From an uncultured bacterium (GTDB lineage Bacteria > Lernaellota > Lernaellaia > Lernaellales > Lernaellaceae): DNA of 23,398 bases. A program made the translations under genes and the position numbers. This document shows positions 1-9,082 of this stretch, piece after piece. Under the pieces are notes generated by a model that saw only the letters and a list, made by a program, of their open reading frames with translations, searched no databases and was not told the DNA's origin. The number at the start of each line of letters is the position of its first letter. The stretch's first letter is position 1. Location of the stretch: contig CAZHPN010000084.1 of NCBI GenBank assembly GCA_964534375.1, forward strand, positions 1-23,398, read 5' to 3'.

Positions 1-337
1 AGATCTCGGCGATCAGCAGCAGCGGCCCCATGATCGTCGACCAGGACCAGTCGCCGCCGAGGGTCGTGGTCAGCCGCCAGTGCATGTAGCGGCTGGAGAC
101 GATCGCCGCCACCAGCATCAGCATGATGGTGACCGCCCGGCCGCGGAACCGGTTGAGGATCAGGGCGATGGCGAAGCCGAAGGCGCCGAAGACCGCCTGG
201 TCCTCGAGCTTGAGCGGGGTGACCACGATCAACGCGATCAGCACCATGCCGATGACGAAGCCGACCACCGCGAGCGCCGATCTCGCGAATCCGGCTTTTT
301 TCACGCGGTGCGATGCTTTGGGCAGTGTTTCTTCCAT
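1..337 (-). CDS. bcsA: Cellulose synthase catalytic subunit BcsA, 5' fragment (runs off the window edge)
   Basis: Not in the ORF track; translated by hand from the ATG at 337: MEETLPKASHRVKKAGFARSALAVVGFVIGMVLIALIVVTPLKLEDQAVFG...VSSRYMHWRLTTTLGGDWSWSTIMGPLLLIAEI. The 'SRY.xWR.T.TL...LLL.AE' segment is typical of the BcsA N-terminal TM region. It starts 4 nt after the bcsQ stop. Confidence 0.85.
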   Translation of the reverse strand, partial: MEETLPKASHRVKKAGFARSALAVVGFVIGMVLIALIVVTPLKLEDQAVFGAFGFAIALILNRFRGRAVTIMLMLVAAIVSSRYMHWRLTTTLGGDWSWSTIMGPLLLIAEI

Positions 338-341
338 GGCG

Positions 342-1130
342 TTATTTCCGCGCGAAAGGCGGATCGTCGCCGCCGCGCACGAGCGCGGCGAGCGGCGCCG
401 CCAGTTCTTTTACCGTGGCCCACGTCTGCGAATCGGGGTATCGCTGGTACACCAGGTTGCGCCGGGCGTGCGCTTCGCGCATCGACTCATCCCACGGCAC
501 GGCCGCCGGCAGCGCCGCGTCCGAAATCACGTTGGCCAGCGCGGCTTTCACGTCGCGGCTGAGTTCGCTGCGCCCATCCATCTGATTGACAAGGTAGTAG
601 GCGCCCCGGAAATCCGCGCGCGAGCGCGCGTAGCGGTCCAAAAACCACTCCTGCGCCGGCAGCGTTGCGTAGGAAGAGGAATCGGGCAGCAGCACAACAA
701 CCGCGACGTCGGACGCCGCCAGCGCCTGCCGCGAAAAGACGTTGTTGCCCGACGGCGTATCGAGCACCACGATGTCGTACTCGCTGGCCGCGACTTCCGT
801 CAGGCGACGCCTGAGCCAGTCGGCGTCGCGTTCCAGCACCGCTTCAAGTTGCGCCAATTCCTTTTCGGTTGTCGCCCCGAAGGGCAGATAGGGCGCTTCG
901 GCGCGCGATTTGCGCTGAAAATGAAGCAACTCGACGGCGTTCAGGCCCGTCCGGCAGATGCCGAGGCGTTCGCCGAGTTCCATGCCGAACCAGCAGCCCA
1001 AGGCGTTCTGCGGGTCGAAATCGACGATCAGGCAGCGCAGGTTTTCCTGCGTCAGAGCGACGCCCAGATGAGCCGCCAGCGCGGTCTTGCCTGTCCCCCC
1101 TTTCAGGGAAGATAAAGAAAGAATTCGCAT
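342..1130 (-). CDS. bcsQ: Cellulose biosynthesis ParA/MinD-like ATPase BcsQ (YhjQ)
   Basis: Deviant Walker A (SLKGGTGKT), 'VDFDPQNAL', 'YLPFG', 'VVLDTPS' and 'YLVNQMD' motifs. It sits between a bcsR-like gene and bcsA. Confidence 0.85.
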   Translation of the reverse strand: MRILSLSSLKGGTGKTALAAHLGVALTQENLRCLIVDFDPQNALGCWFGMELGERLGICRTGLNAVELLHFQRKSRAEAPYLPFGATTEKELAQLEAVLERDADWLRRRLTEVAASEYDIVVLDTPSGNNVFSRQALAASDVAVVVLLPDSSSYATLPAQEWFLDRYARSRADFRGAYYLVNQMDGRSELSRDVKAALANVISDAALPAAVPWDESMREAHARRNLVYQRYPDSQTWATVKELAAPLAALVRGGDDPPFARK

Positions 1131-1136
1131 TTCCGA

Positions 1137-1388
1137 TTACCTGTTCCTCACGCTGGAGTTGCCGTTCACGGGCGCATGGCGCGCGCCATTGGTCGGGCGC
1201 GCCGCCGCGCCGCTGTCCTCCCAGGCGGATATCGCCCGGTTCTTCCGGGGAAACACCTCCGCGGACATGTACCGGTCCACGGCGTCGAGCATCTCCCAGT
1301 GCGCGGCTGCCGATTCGCGGTTTTCTTGCCGGCGGATATCTTGATAGCCAAAATCGTCTCCAAAAACGGGCGGCACTTTTGTTTTCAT
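1137..1388 (-). CDS. bcsR: BcsR/BcsP-like small cellulose biosynthesis protein (83 aa)
   Basis: ATG at 1388 is preceded by GGAG. 'YQDIRRQENRESAAAHWEMLDAV' resembles the BcsR/YhjR core (Y.DI...E...A...W..L). It lies directly upstream of bcsQ. Confidence 0.65.
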   Translation of the reverse strand: MKTKVPPVFGDDFGYQDIRRQENRESAAAHWEMLDAVDRYMSAEVFPRKNRAISAWEDSGAAARPTNGARHAPVNGNSSVRNR

Positions 1389-1459
1389 GTTCGCTCCGAT
1401 GAAACTATTTCCTTTCGCTGCCCTGCGTTTTTTTGAATGAACGAGCGCTGATGTAAAAA

Positions 1460-1487
1460 ACGTTAATGGCGATTTCCGCCGAGTCAA
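1460..1487 (-). promoter_or_regulatory. Candidate sigma70-type promoter for the bcs operon
   Basis: Minus strand TTGACT-N16-TAACGT in an AT-rich patch about 70 nt upstream of the bcsR-like start. Confidence 0.35.
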
Positions 1488-2057
1488 TTTGTGCGGCGCG
1501 TCATTTTTTCCTGTCGGACCTTTAACCAAATGAAATTAGGTAATTAGTCGCCTCGGAAAAACCCTGGCTTTTTCGGAAGCGAGGCAAATTCGGTTGTCGA
1601 TGCCGAGGGCGAGGCGGCGTCGACGCGCCGGTCGGCCGTGCTCGGGCGGGTCCCGACGCCCGCCCCCCGGTTGATGCGCCGATCGGCTTCCCCGAGGGCC
1701 GTGCAGTCGTCGAAACAAAGCGCATCAAAGTGGCAACGACAAGCCTCGCCCGCCCACCCGCGCGGTCGATCGCCGCAGGATTAGTTCGGATGAAGGGCGA
1801 ATGCGGGGGGCCGCGCCGACGGACGACAGCGGCGCGAAGCACTCGACCGCGCGGCGGCAAACGCCCCAGGCCATCGGGTCGGTCGTCAAATATTCGCTTG
1901 ACTCGTCAATCTGTTTCGCGAAAAATGAATCCAGAAAAAACAATACCAGAGGCAACCCCGGATACGTCGACAGGCGCACGCGGAAGTCGCGGCCCGATCG
2001 CACCGGGACCCAGCGGACCAGAACAATCTTTCGCCGGAAACACGGGGAGGAGTGAAA

Positions 2058-2312
2058 ATGAGCATCTTGAGCTGGATCGTTCTGGGCCTGGTCGCCGGCT
2101 GGTTGGCTTCCTTTGCCACGGGCCACGAGGAAGGATGCCTGACGGACGTGCTTTTGGGAATCGTCGGCGCCATGATCGGCGGCGCAATCTTCACCTGGTT
2201 CGGCGGCGCGCCGGTCCGTCATTTTAATTTGCACGCCCTCGTCGTCGCCACCGTTGGCGCGGTGATTCTGCTGGTCATCCGCGGCATCGTGGCCGGCCGC
2301 CGGTTCAGATGA
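2058..2312 (+). CDS. GlsB/YeaQ/YmgE family (transglycosylase-associated) small membrane protein
   Basis: MSILSWIVLGLVAGWLA...LLGIVGAMIGG...VVATVGAVILL pattern with three hydrophobic segments. GGAGGAG RBS at 2046-2052 precedes the ATG at 2058. Confidence 0.9.
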   Translation: MSILSWIVLGLVAGWLASFATGHEEGCLTDVLLGIVGAMIGGAIFTWFGGAPVRHFNLHALVVATVGAVILLVIRGIVAGRRFR

Positions 2313-2327
2313 GCCGACAGGCCCGCG

Positions 2328-3746
2328 ATGCAGTTCAATACCCCTAAGTTTCTTGTCTTTGTCGTCGCCGCGCTGGCGCTGTACTGGACCGCGCGGCGCG
2401 ATCGGCACCTGCGCGCGGCCGTCCTGGTCGTGGCCAGCTACGCGTTTTACGCGGCGGGCAACCCGCGTTTCCTCGTCATCCTGCTGGCCGTGTCCGTCAG
2501 CGATTTTTACCTTGCCCTTTGGATGGCGCGGCAATCGCAGGCGGCGCGGCGCCGGGCCATTTTGGTTTTGAGCCTGGTCGTCGATCTGGGCCTGCTCGCG
2601 TTCTTCAAATATGCCAATTTTTTCCTGGGCTCCTATGCCGGTCTGGCGGATTGGTTGCGCCTGCCCGTGGGGCCGCGGCACATTTCGCTCGCGGCGCCGG
2701 TCGGCATTTCGTTTTATCTTTTTCGCACCATCGGCCACATGGTCGACGTCTATCGGCGGAAGACTCCGCCGTGCGGCTTCCTGCCCGATTACCTGATTTT
2801 CATCGCGTTTTTCCCGGCGATTCTTAGCGGCCCGATCATGCGCGGCGGCAATTTTCTCCCGCAGTTGCCGCCCGAGCCGCGAATGACCCGCGAGCGCCTG
2901 CAGCGGATCTTGTTCTTGCTCACTTCCGGCCTCATCAAGAAATTTCTCGTCGCCGATTTCATTGCGGTCCGCTTCACGGACATGGTGTTTCAAGTGCCGC
3001 TCATGTACTCGTCGGCCGAAATGCTATTGGCGATCCTCGGCTACTCGCTGCAACTTTATGCCGATTTCGCCGGCTACACTGACCTCGCGCTGGGGCTGGG
3101 TCTCGCGTTCGGCCTGGAACTGCCCGAAAACTTCAATTTCCCTTACAAATCGATCAATCTGCGCGAATTCTGGCAGCGCTGGCATATTAGCTTTTCTTCC
3201 TGGCTGCGCGATTACCTTTACGTTTCGGTCGGCGGCTCGCGCGTCGACCGGCCGTGGAAAATCTACCGCAACTTGATGATCACGATGACCCTCGGCGGCT
3301 GGTGGCACGGCGCCTCGTGGAATTTCGTGCTCTGGGGCGCGCTCCACGGCGCCGGCTTGTGCGTGACGCGCTGGGTTCAGCGTCTGCGGCCACAGACGTC
3401 GCCCCCAGGTCCGGTGCGTCGCGCCTTGTCGGCCCTGGGCGTTTTCCTGTTCGTCACGCTTTGTTGGACGCTTTTCCGGGTGAGCGACTTCGGGCTCGCC
3501 AAAGACATCGTCGCGAATCTGCGCCTGGGATCCTGGCGCCTGGCCAATTTCCCGCTTTCCACGGCGGCGATGATGGGCGCGGCCGTAGTCGGCATGTGGC
3601 TGCCGGCCGGCGTCGATCGCCGTTTGCGCCAGGCGTACGGCTCTCTGCCCTTGGTTCTGAAGCTCGCGATTCTCGCCGCCGTCGGCTATGTCGCCTTCAC
3701 CTGGCTCGCGGATCGGACGCCGCATTTTGTCTACGAACAGTTTTAA
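2328..3746 (+). CDS. MBOAT family O-acyltransferase (AlgI/PatA/WssH/DltB-like)
   Basis: Motifs PVGISFY, FFPAILSGPIMR, QLYADFAGYTD, ENFNFPY, EFWQRWHISFSSWLRDYLY and the catalytic-His motif WWHGASWNF. C-terminal FVYEQF. Confidence 0.92.
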   Translation: MQFNTPKFLVFVVAALALYWTARRDRHLRAAVLVVASYAFYAAGNPRFLVILLAVSVSDFYLALWMARQSQAARRRAILVLSLVVDLGLLAFFKYANFFLGSYAGLADWLRLPVGPRHISLAAPVGISFYLFRTIGHMVDVYRRKTPPCGFLPDYLIFIAFFPAILSGPIMRGGNFLPQLPPEPRMTRERLQRILFLLTSGLIKKFLVADFIAVRFTDMVFQVPLMYSSAEMLLAILGYSLQLYADFAGYTDLALGLGLAFGLELPENFNFPYKSINLREFWQRWHISFSSWLRDYLYVSVGGSRVDRPWKIYRNLMITMTLGGWWHGASWNFVLWGALHGAGLCVTRWVQRLRPQTSPPGPVRRALSALGVFLFVTLCWTLFRVSDFGLAKDIVANLRLGSWRLANFPLSTAAMMGAAVVGMWLPAGVDRRLRQAYGSLPLVLKLAILAAVGYVAFTWLADRTPHFVYEQF

Positions 3747-3860
3747 CTTACGGAAATCTCATCGGATTTCACTCGGCGTCAAGGACGCAAAAAAACCATT
3801 GCGTTTTCCGAAACATCCAGTGTAGCTTAGAAGCTCTACGGGATTGGGGGGCAATATTAC

Positions 3861-5429
3861 ATGCTTGACATGCGAAAATGCCGTGTTGTGTTGGCCGCGG
3901 CGTCTTGCATCTTTCTTGTTGCCGCGTCAGCCTGGGCCGCCGACAATTGGAAACCGTTCATGCTCGCCGCCCAAAAATTGCGGGGCGATGGCCAGTACGA
4001 CGCGGCGGCGATCATGGCCCGCAAAGCCCTCGCGGCGGCGCGACGGGATTATGGGCCCGCACATCCGTTCGTCAAAACCTCGCTGCTTTTCTTGATTGAC
4101 CTGGCGCACGTGCACGGTTGGAAGGCTTACGAGGCCTACTACGGAGAGCGGCTTTACGAGTACGAAATCCTGGCCGCCCGGGCGGCTCTGGAAAAAACTA
4201 GACAGGAATTCAATTCGTCGATGCGACCGTTGGTCGACGCGGTGATCCACGACGGCATTTATGAATTCGAGGCGGAGGTCGGTTCCGCGGAACTGCGCAA
4301 GATGCAAACGAATCACCTTCCGGAGTTGCGGCGATTGGCCGACGAAACGTTCGCTCTGGGCGATGCTTACACCACCCACGACCCGGGAAAAGCGGCCGCT
4401 TTGATGCGTGGCGCGCTGCATTTGTTGCGCGATACGGCGCCCGCGACCGATCCGACCGCCATTCAACTGCACTACCGGCTGGCAGAAGTGGCGCTGCAGC
4501 AGAACGACATCGAGGAGGCCGGGGCCGAATACCGCCTGGCGCTCGAAGGGCTTCGGGCCTCCCACGAGGCCGACCGTTATTTGGCGATCGCCGCCCGGCT
4601 GGCGCTCGCGCGGGTATACATCGAGGAACTTAAGACAGACGAGGTGGACCGGCTTGCCCACGAGGCGCAGGCCCGCTATGACAAAGCGCCGCCAACAGAA
4701 AACAAATTCCTACAGGCCGAGATTTATTTCATCCAAAGCGTGGTCGCGCTTCAGCGAGGCGACTTGGCGGGGGCCGAGGCGCTGAACCGCAAGCAACTGG
4801 CGTTCGCGGAAGACGTCGGGGGGCCGGCGACCCCGGAGGTCGCCAGCGCGTTGGTGGCGCAAGCGTCGGTGCTGCTGATGCTCCAACGGCCGCGCGACGC
4901 CAATCCGTTGCTGCGTCGCGCCTTGGCGATTCAAGAGGAGACGCTGGGACCGGAGTCGCTGGACGTCGCGGGAACCTTGGGCAACCTGGGGCAATCTTAT
5001 TTGTTCTCGGACGATCCGGCCCTAGCCGAACCCTGCTACGTGCGGGCGTTGTCGATCCGCGTAAAAATCCAGGGGCCGGAACATCAGAACACCGTCGCCG
5101 TGATGGCGGCGTTGTTTCTGACCTATGTCGCGCAAAAAAAGCAGGACAGGGCGGACGCCATGATCCCGGCGTTCTCGTCCCTGATGGATAAATATTCGGA
5201 AAAACCGTGGATGGCCAAGGTGATGGTCGAGGTTGCCGACGGTTTCGCCGAGCTTGGCAAGACCAGGGAGGCGATTGGCATACTGAGCAAGGCCGTGCCG
5301 GTTCTGGAGAAGGATCCGGGGCTGCCAAACGACCCGGAAGGACGGGGAAGGGTCGAGGAGGCGAAGAACGCGCTCAAAGAATTGACCGCGCCCGAGACCG
5401 ACGAGGGGGCCGCAGCGGACGCCAAGTAG
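3861..5429 (+). CDS. Exported tetratricopeptide-repeat protein
   Basis: Sec signal peptide ending ASAWA. Kinesin-light-chain-type TPRs (ALAIQEETLGPESLDVAGTLGNLGQSY; RALSIRVKIQGPEHQNT). Alternative start at ATG 3870. Confidence 0.8.
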   Translation: MLDMRKCRVVLAAASCIFLVAASAWAADNWKPFMLAAQKLRGDGQYDAAAIMARKALAAARRDYGPAHPFVKTSLLFLIDLAHVHGWKAYEAYYGERLYEYEILAARAALEKTRQEFNSSMRPLVDAVIHDGIYEFEAEVGSAELRKMQTNHLPELRRLADETFALGDAYTTHDPGKAAALMRGALHLLRDTAPATDPTAIQLHYRLAEVALQQNDIEEAGAEYRLALEGLRASHEADRYLAIAARLALARVYIEELKTDEVDRLAHEAQARYDKAPPTENKFLQAEIYFIQSVVALQRGDLAGAEALNRKQLAFAEDVGGPATPEVASALVAQASVLLMLQRPRDANPLLRRALAIQEETLGPESLDVAGTLGNLGQSYLFSDDPALAEPCYVRALSIRVKIQGPEHQNTVAVMAALFLTYVAQKKQDRADAMIPAFSSLMDKYSEKPWMAKVMVEVADGFAELGKTREAIGILSKAVPVLEKDPGLPNDPEGRGRVEEAKNALKELTAPETDEGAAADAK

Positions 5430-5567
5430 CGCGACGTCGAGCGGGGGCCCGTCAAACAGGAAAAAGGCTTGCCATGTTGGAACAATGCGCGGACGCGGGG
5501 TCTGCAACAAAAAAAATGACGGGCAGCCCCGATAACCGCCGCGGTCGTGGGAGGATGCAAGTTGCGC

Positions 5568-5596
5568 TTGACAGCCAAGAACCTGCATAGTAAACA
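5568..5596 (+). promoter_or_regulatory. Candidate sigma70-type promoter for the 5799-15434 operon
   Basis: Perfect TTGACA at 5568-5573, N17, then a weak -10 (TAAACA) in an AT-rich patch. An inverted repeat TGAC-AAAAA-GTCA follows at 5610-5622. Confidence 0.3.
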
Positions 5597-5798
5597 GTAA
5601 AGTTAAGCATGACAAAAAGTCACGAGCGCCGCCCGCAGCGAAGAAACGGGGCTGTAGCGGCCTCGCCAAAAGAAAATAAGGGCGGCGTGGCGTGCGTCGG
5701 AAAGGGAGGCGCGCACCGCGAAATCGGCGGTGGGCAACAGTGCGGTAGTTATTGGTCGGTAATGAGCGGTTGAGGTATGTCGCGACCCGGGGGGAGTT

Positions 5799-6575
5799 TT
5801 GCCGAGCGATAGGAAAAGTTACATTTATTTTCACCGATCGTATCGGGTCGCCGAAACGGTCGAGCCGCGCGTTGGCCGGTTGCTGTTCGTCTTCGTCTTC
5901 GTTTTGGAAGTGCTGCTGATCGTGTTCCACCCGTTTCTGGTGCAAGCGCTGGTCTACTCGACAAGGAACGTGCTGACGGCGCTGGGCTACCATCCGACCG
6001 TGGTTTTTTGGCGCATGCTGTACCGGTCGTTGCCGTTGATCGACCTGCCCACGGTGTACCCGACGCCCCTCTTTTCCGCCGGCCTGTTTCTCGTCTCAAT
6101 CTTGTTGCCGCTGGTGATGTTCCTCATCAAAAAGGTCCCGCGCATGTTTGCCGGGTATATGCTGTATCTGTCCGTCATCAACGCCTCTTCGGCGGCGTTT
6201 TTCATCCTCGCGCCGCATAAATTTCCGTATGACATTTCAATTTTCTCGATGCTTTACACGGGCACGGTCGTCGGACTGTGGATCCTCATCCCGGTGATTC
6301 TCGTGATGGCGCTGTACTCCTTGCCGACCAGCATCGTGCCCAAAATGTTGTTCATCTTGTTCAACGTGGTGTACGCGATGATTTTCGCGCTGATCCGCTA
6401 CATATTCTTCCTCATCTGCCTGGAGGACGGCTCCGTCATTTTTATGGCGTTGTTCTATTTCGCGCTCGGGCCGCTGTTTGACTTCGTGTACCTCGTCGGC
6501 TTTTACACCTACTACGTCAGCAATCTCTCGGAAGCCATCCGGTTTAGCCGGCGGAGGTGGCGATGGCTATATTGA
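5799..6575 (+). CDS. Polytopic inner-membrane protein of unknown function, first gene of the putative EPS operon
   Basis: 258 aa with about 6-7 hydrophobic helices and a basic C-terminus. TTG start after a G-rich RBS (start uncertain). Its stop overlaps the GT2 start. Confidence 0.75.
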   Translation: MPSDRKSYIYFHRSYRVAETVEPRVGRLLFVFVFVLEVLLIVFHPFLVQALVYSTRNVLTALGYHPTVVFWRMLYRSLPLIDLPTVYPTPLFSAGLFLVSILLPLVMFLIKKVPRMFAGYMLYLSVINASSAAFFILAPHKFPYDISIFSMLYTGTVVGLWILIPVILVMALYSLPTSIVPKMLFILFNVVYAMIFALIRYIFFLICLEDGSVIFMALFYFALGPLFDFVYLVGFYTYYVSNLSEAIRFSRRRWRWLY

Positions 6576-7830
6576 TTCTCAAAACGTACATGATCATCGT
6601 CATCTTGATCCTGCTCATCTACGGCATCCGGCATTTTCTTTTCACGCTCAATCGACTGACCGGCGAGCAGCGCCTGTTTTACCAGGACATCATCGACAGC
6701 GAGCTGCCGCCGCTGTCGGTCCTCCTGCCATGCACAACGAGGCCGCCGTCGCCATGGGCATCCTCCAGGCCCTGGCGGCCGCCGATTACCCGAAAGATCT
6801 GCTCGAAATTATCCCGATCAACGATCACTCGATCGACGGCACGAAAGAAATTCTCGACGGCTTCGCCGCGCGCCATCCGTATGTCCGGCCGCTGCACCGT
6901 GACGGAAAAACCCGCGGCAAACAGGCGGCGCTGAACGAAGCGCTGACGATCGCGAAACACGACATTATCATCGTGTTCGACGCCGATTACACGCCGCAGC
7001 AGAGCGCGCTGCGCGATCTGGCCGTCTCCTTCAAAGATCCGGAAGTCGGGGCCGTGATGGGGCGCGTGGTGCCGCAAAACGCGGGGCACAATCTGCTCAC
7101 GCGGCTGCTCGATCTGGAACGAAGCGGCGGCTATCAGGTGGACCAACAGGCCCGCCACAATTACGGCCTGGTGCCGCAGTACGGCGGCACGATCGGCGGC
7201 TTTCGCAAGAAAATCGTGCAGGACATGGGCGGCTTCGACCCCACGGTGCTGGCGGAGGATACGGATTTGACCTTCCTGCTGTACATCCACGGCTGGAAGG
7301 TCGCGTACGCCAACCGCGTCGAGTGCTACGAAGAAGCGCCCGAAAACTGGGCCACCCGCAGCACGCAGATTTATCGCTGGTCGCGTGGCCATAACCACGT
7401 CATGATTAAAAATTTCGGCGGCCTGCTTCGCTCGCGCTACCTGCGGCGGATCGAACGGCTCGACGGCGCGCTGCTGCTGGCCTTGTACCTCATTCCGTTC
7501 TTCATGCTGACCGGGTTCATCGACTCGTTGATTCTGTTTTTCCTGGGCGAAATGCAGATCATCGACAGCATTCTCGTGTTCTTTTTTGTCGCCGGCTACA
7601 ATGCCTTCGGCAACTTCGCGCCCTTCTTCCAGATCGGTTCGGCCGCGCTGCTGGACGGCACGACCCGACGGCTGCGGCTGCTGCCGTTCCTGCTGTTCTA
7701 TTTCATTTTGAACGTCTGGACGATCAACATGGGCCTCTTCGCCGCCGTGTGGGATCGCGCGACCAAGCGCCAGGTCATGTGGGCCAAGACCGAACGCTAC
7801 AAGAGGAGCCGGCTTGAAGCGGAATCGTGA
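6563..7830 (+). CDS. Processive GT2 polysaccharide synthase (PgaC/IcaA/CESA-like), interrupted by a 1-nt frameshift at about 6728-6730
   Basis: ATG at 6563 after GGAGG. The first frame gives MAILILKTYMII...ELPPLSVLL and the second continues MHNE...INDHSIDGT...GKQAALN...VFDADY...AEDTDL...QIYRW followed by TM helices. The D,D,D,QxxRW signature is complete. Restoring one base gives about 422 aa. Confidence 0.88.
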
Positions 7831-9082
7831 TCGTCGCCGCGGCGTCGCGCGGCTGGCGGTCGCCGCCGCCTGCCTCGCGCTGTTGCTTGCGCTGTCGTGC
7901 GGCTACCAGCGCCCCTACGTCCGCGAGGCCGACTCCATCGGCTACCGCATCGACGAGGCGGCGGCGCGCGCGCCCGAGCCCGGGCCGCTGGCGGCGTTGA
8001 ATGTCGCGCCCACGCACTTTTCCGCGAGCGCCGTGCTGGTGAAGATTTACATCGGCCTGTTGTTCGCGGCGATGCTGACCATTCCGTACGTGCCCTCGGT
8101 GGTGGAACTCTACCGGCCGCTGGACGACAAGCCGTTGTTCATCAATCTCGAATATCGGCGCAACCCGCGCTACTTCAGCAAATCGTTCCGCGACAAAATT
8201 CTAAAGATGCAATCGCGGCGCACGGACGGTCAGGACGGCCTCGCGGCGGGCAAATTGTCGAGAGAGGAGAGCGTCGAATACGCCGACTGCCTGGACGTGG
8301 GCGAGCGCGAAAAAGTCGCCGAGTTGGTCTGCCTGTCCGGCGACCTGACGATGGGCGAAGAGGCGGCGCTCGAGAATGACGCCTTTGTGCGCGGCTCGGC
8401 GCGCCTCGGCCCGCATTGCCGGTTGCGCGCCATGGCGGTCAACGGCATGGCCGAACTCGGCCCGGGCGTCGTCGTGGAGCGGTGGCTGGACGCGGAGAAA
8501 CGCCTGTTGATCGGCGACGGCTGCGACCTCGGCGTGATTTGTTCGAGCGGCGGCTTGATCGAACTGGGCAAAGACGTTTCCTTCCACCGGCTGTACGGCG
8601 CGCAAATTCGGACCGCCGGCGCGAACGGCCCGCGCCCGTCCTTCAAGCGGCCCGCGGCGTCGGCCCACGGAAACGGGGACCGGCTGTTGCGGACGATCGC
8701 GGACGAGTTAGATTACTATGGCAGCGACCACACGGTGCTCGCCGACGGCCGCGTGGAGCAATCGATCGTCGTGCGCGGCCATCTGCACGCGATGGAAAAT
8801 GCCATCTTACTCGGCTCGGTGCGTGTTCACGGCAACGCGCGATTCGGCCGCAATGTCACGGTCGTCGGCAATGTCTTCTGCGACGGCTCCGCACTGTTTG
8901 CCGAAAACTGCACCGTGCTCGGCAACGTCTTTTCCCAAAAAGAAATCCGGGCGGGCGCGGGTTGCACCTTCGGCAGCGCCGGAGGGGTCAAGTCGGTCAT
9001 CGCCAAAAAGAACGTGCTCCTGGGGCCGGCCGTGGTCATTTACGGTTACGTCGCGTGCGAAGGACGGGGGCGCGCGCAATGA
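7814..9082 (+). CDS. Membrane-anchored protein with two blocks of beta-helix (bactofilin/polymer-forming-like) repeats
   Basis: TTG start after AGAGGAG. N-terminal signal with possible lipobox LALSC, then a TM helix (KIYIGLLFAAMLTIPYV). Repeats of about 17 aa, such as GSVRVHGNARFGRNVTV / VGNVFCDGSALFAENCTV / LGNVFSQKEIRAGAGCTF. Confidence 0.7.
   Translation: MKRNRDRRRGVARLAVAAACLALLLALSCGYQRPYVREADSIGYRIDEAAARAPEPGPLAALNVAPTHFSASAVLVKIYIGLLFAAMLTIPYVPSVVELYRPLDDKPLFINLEYRRNPRYFSKSFRDKILKMQSRRTDGQDGLAAGKLSREESVEYADCLDVGEREKVAELVCLSGDLTMGEEAALENDAFVRGSARLGPHCRLRAMAVNGMAELGPGVVVERWLDAEKRLLIGDGCDLGVICSSGGLIELGKDVSFHRLYGAQIRTAGANGPRPSFKRPAASAHGNGDRLLRTIADELDYYGSDHTVLADGRVEQSIVVRGHLHAMENAILLGSVRVHGNARFGRNVTVVGNVFCDGSALFAENCTVLGNVFSQKEIRAGAGCTFGSAGGVKSVIAKKNVLLGPAVVIYGYVACEGRGRAQ

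Noticed and set aside
1530..2050. Possible c-di-GMP riboswitch or hidden gene in the divergent intergenic region
   Set aside because: GGCAAA occurs, but I could not build the GEMM two-hairpin architecture. The ORFs here are low-complexity and lack an RBS. An Rfam scan would settle it.
123..2993. ORFs 123-1115 (+) and 1725-2993 (-)
   Set aside because: Antisense shadows of bcsQ/bcsA and of the GlsB/MBOAT genes.
6719..6740. Programmed ribosomal frameshift or phase-variable tract in the GT2
   Set aside because: No X XXY YYZ slippery site, homopolymer or simple repeat at the junction.
8416..9078. N-terminal 221 codons of the 840-aa ORF in the track
   Set aside because: They overlap the beta-helix gene out of frame. 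The real start is ATG 9079 (ATGA coupling, signal sequence follows).
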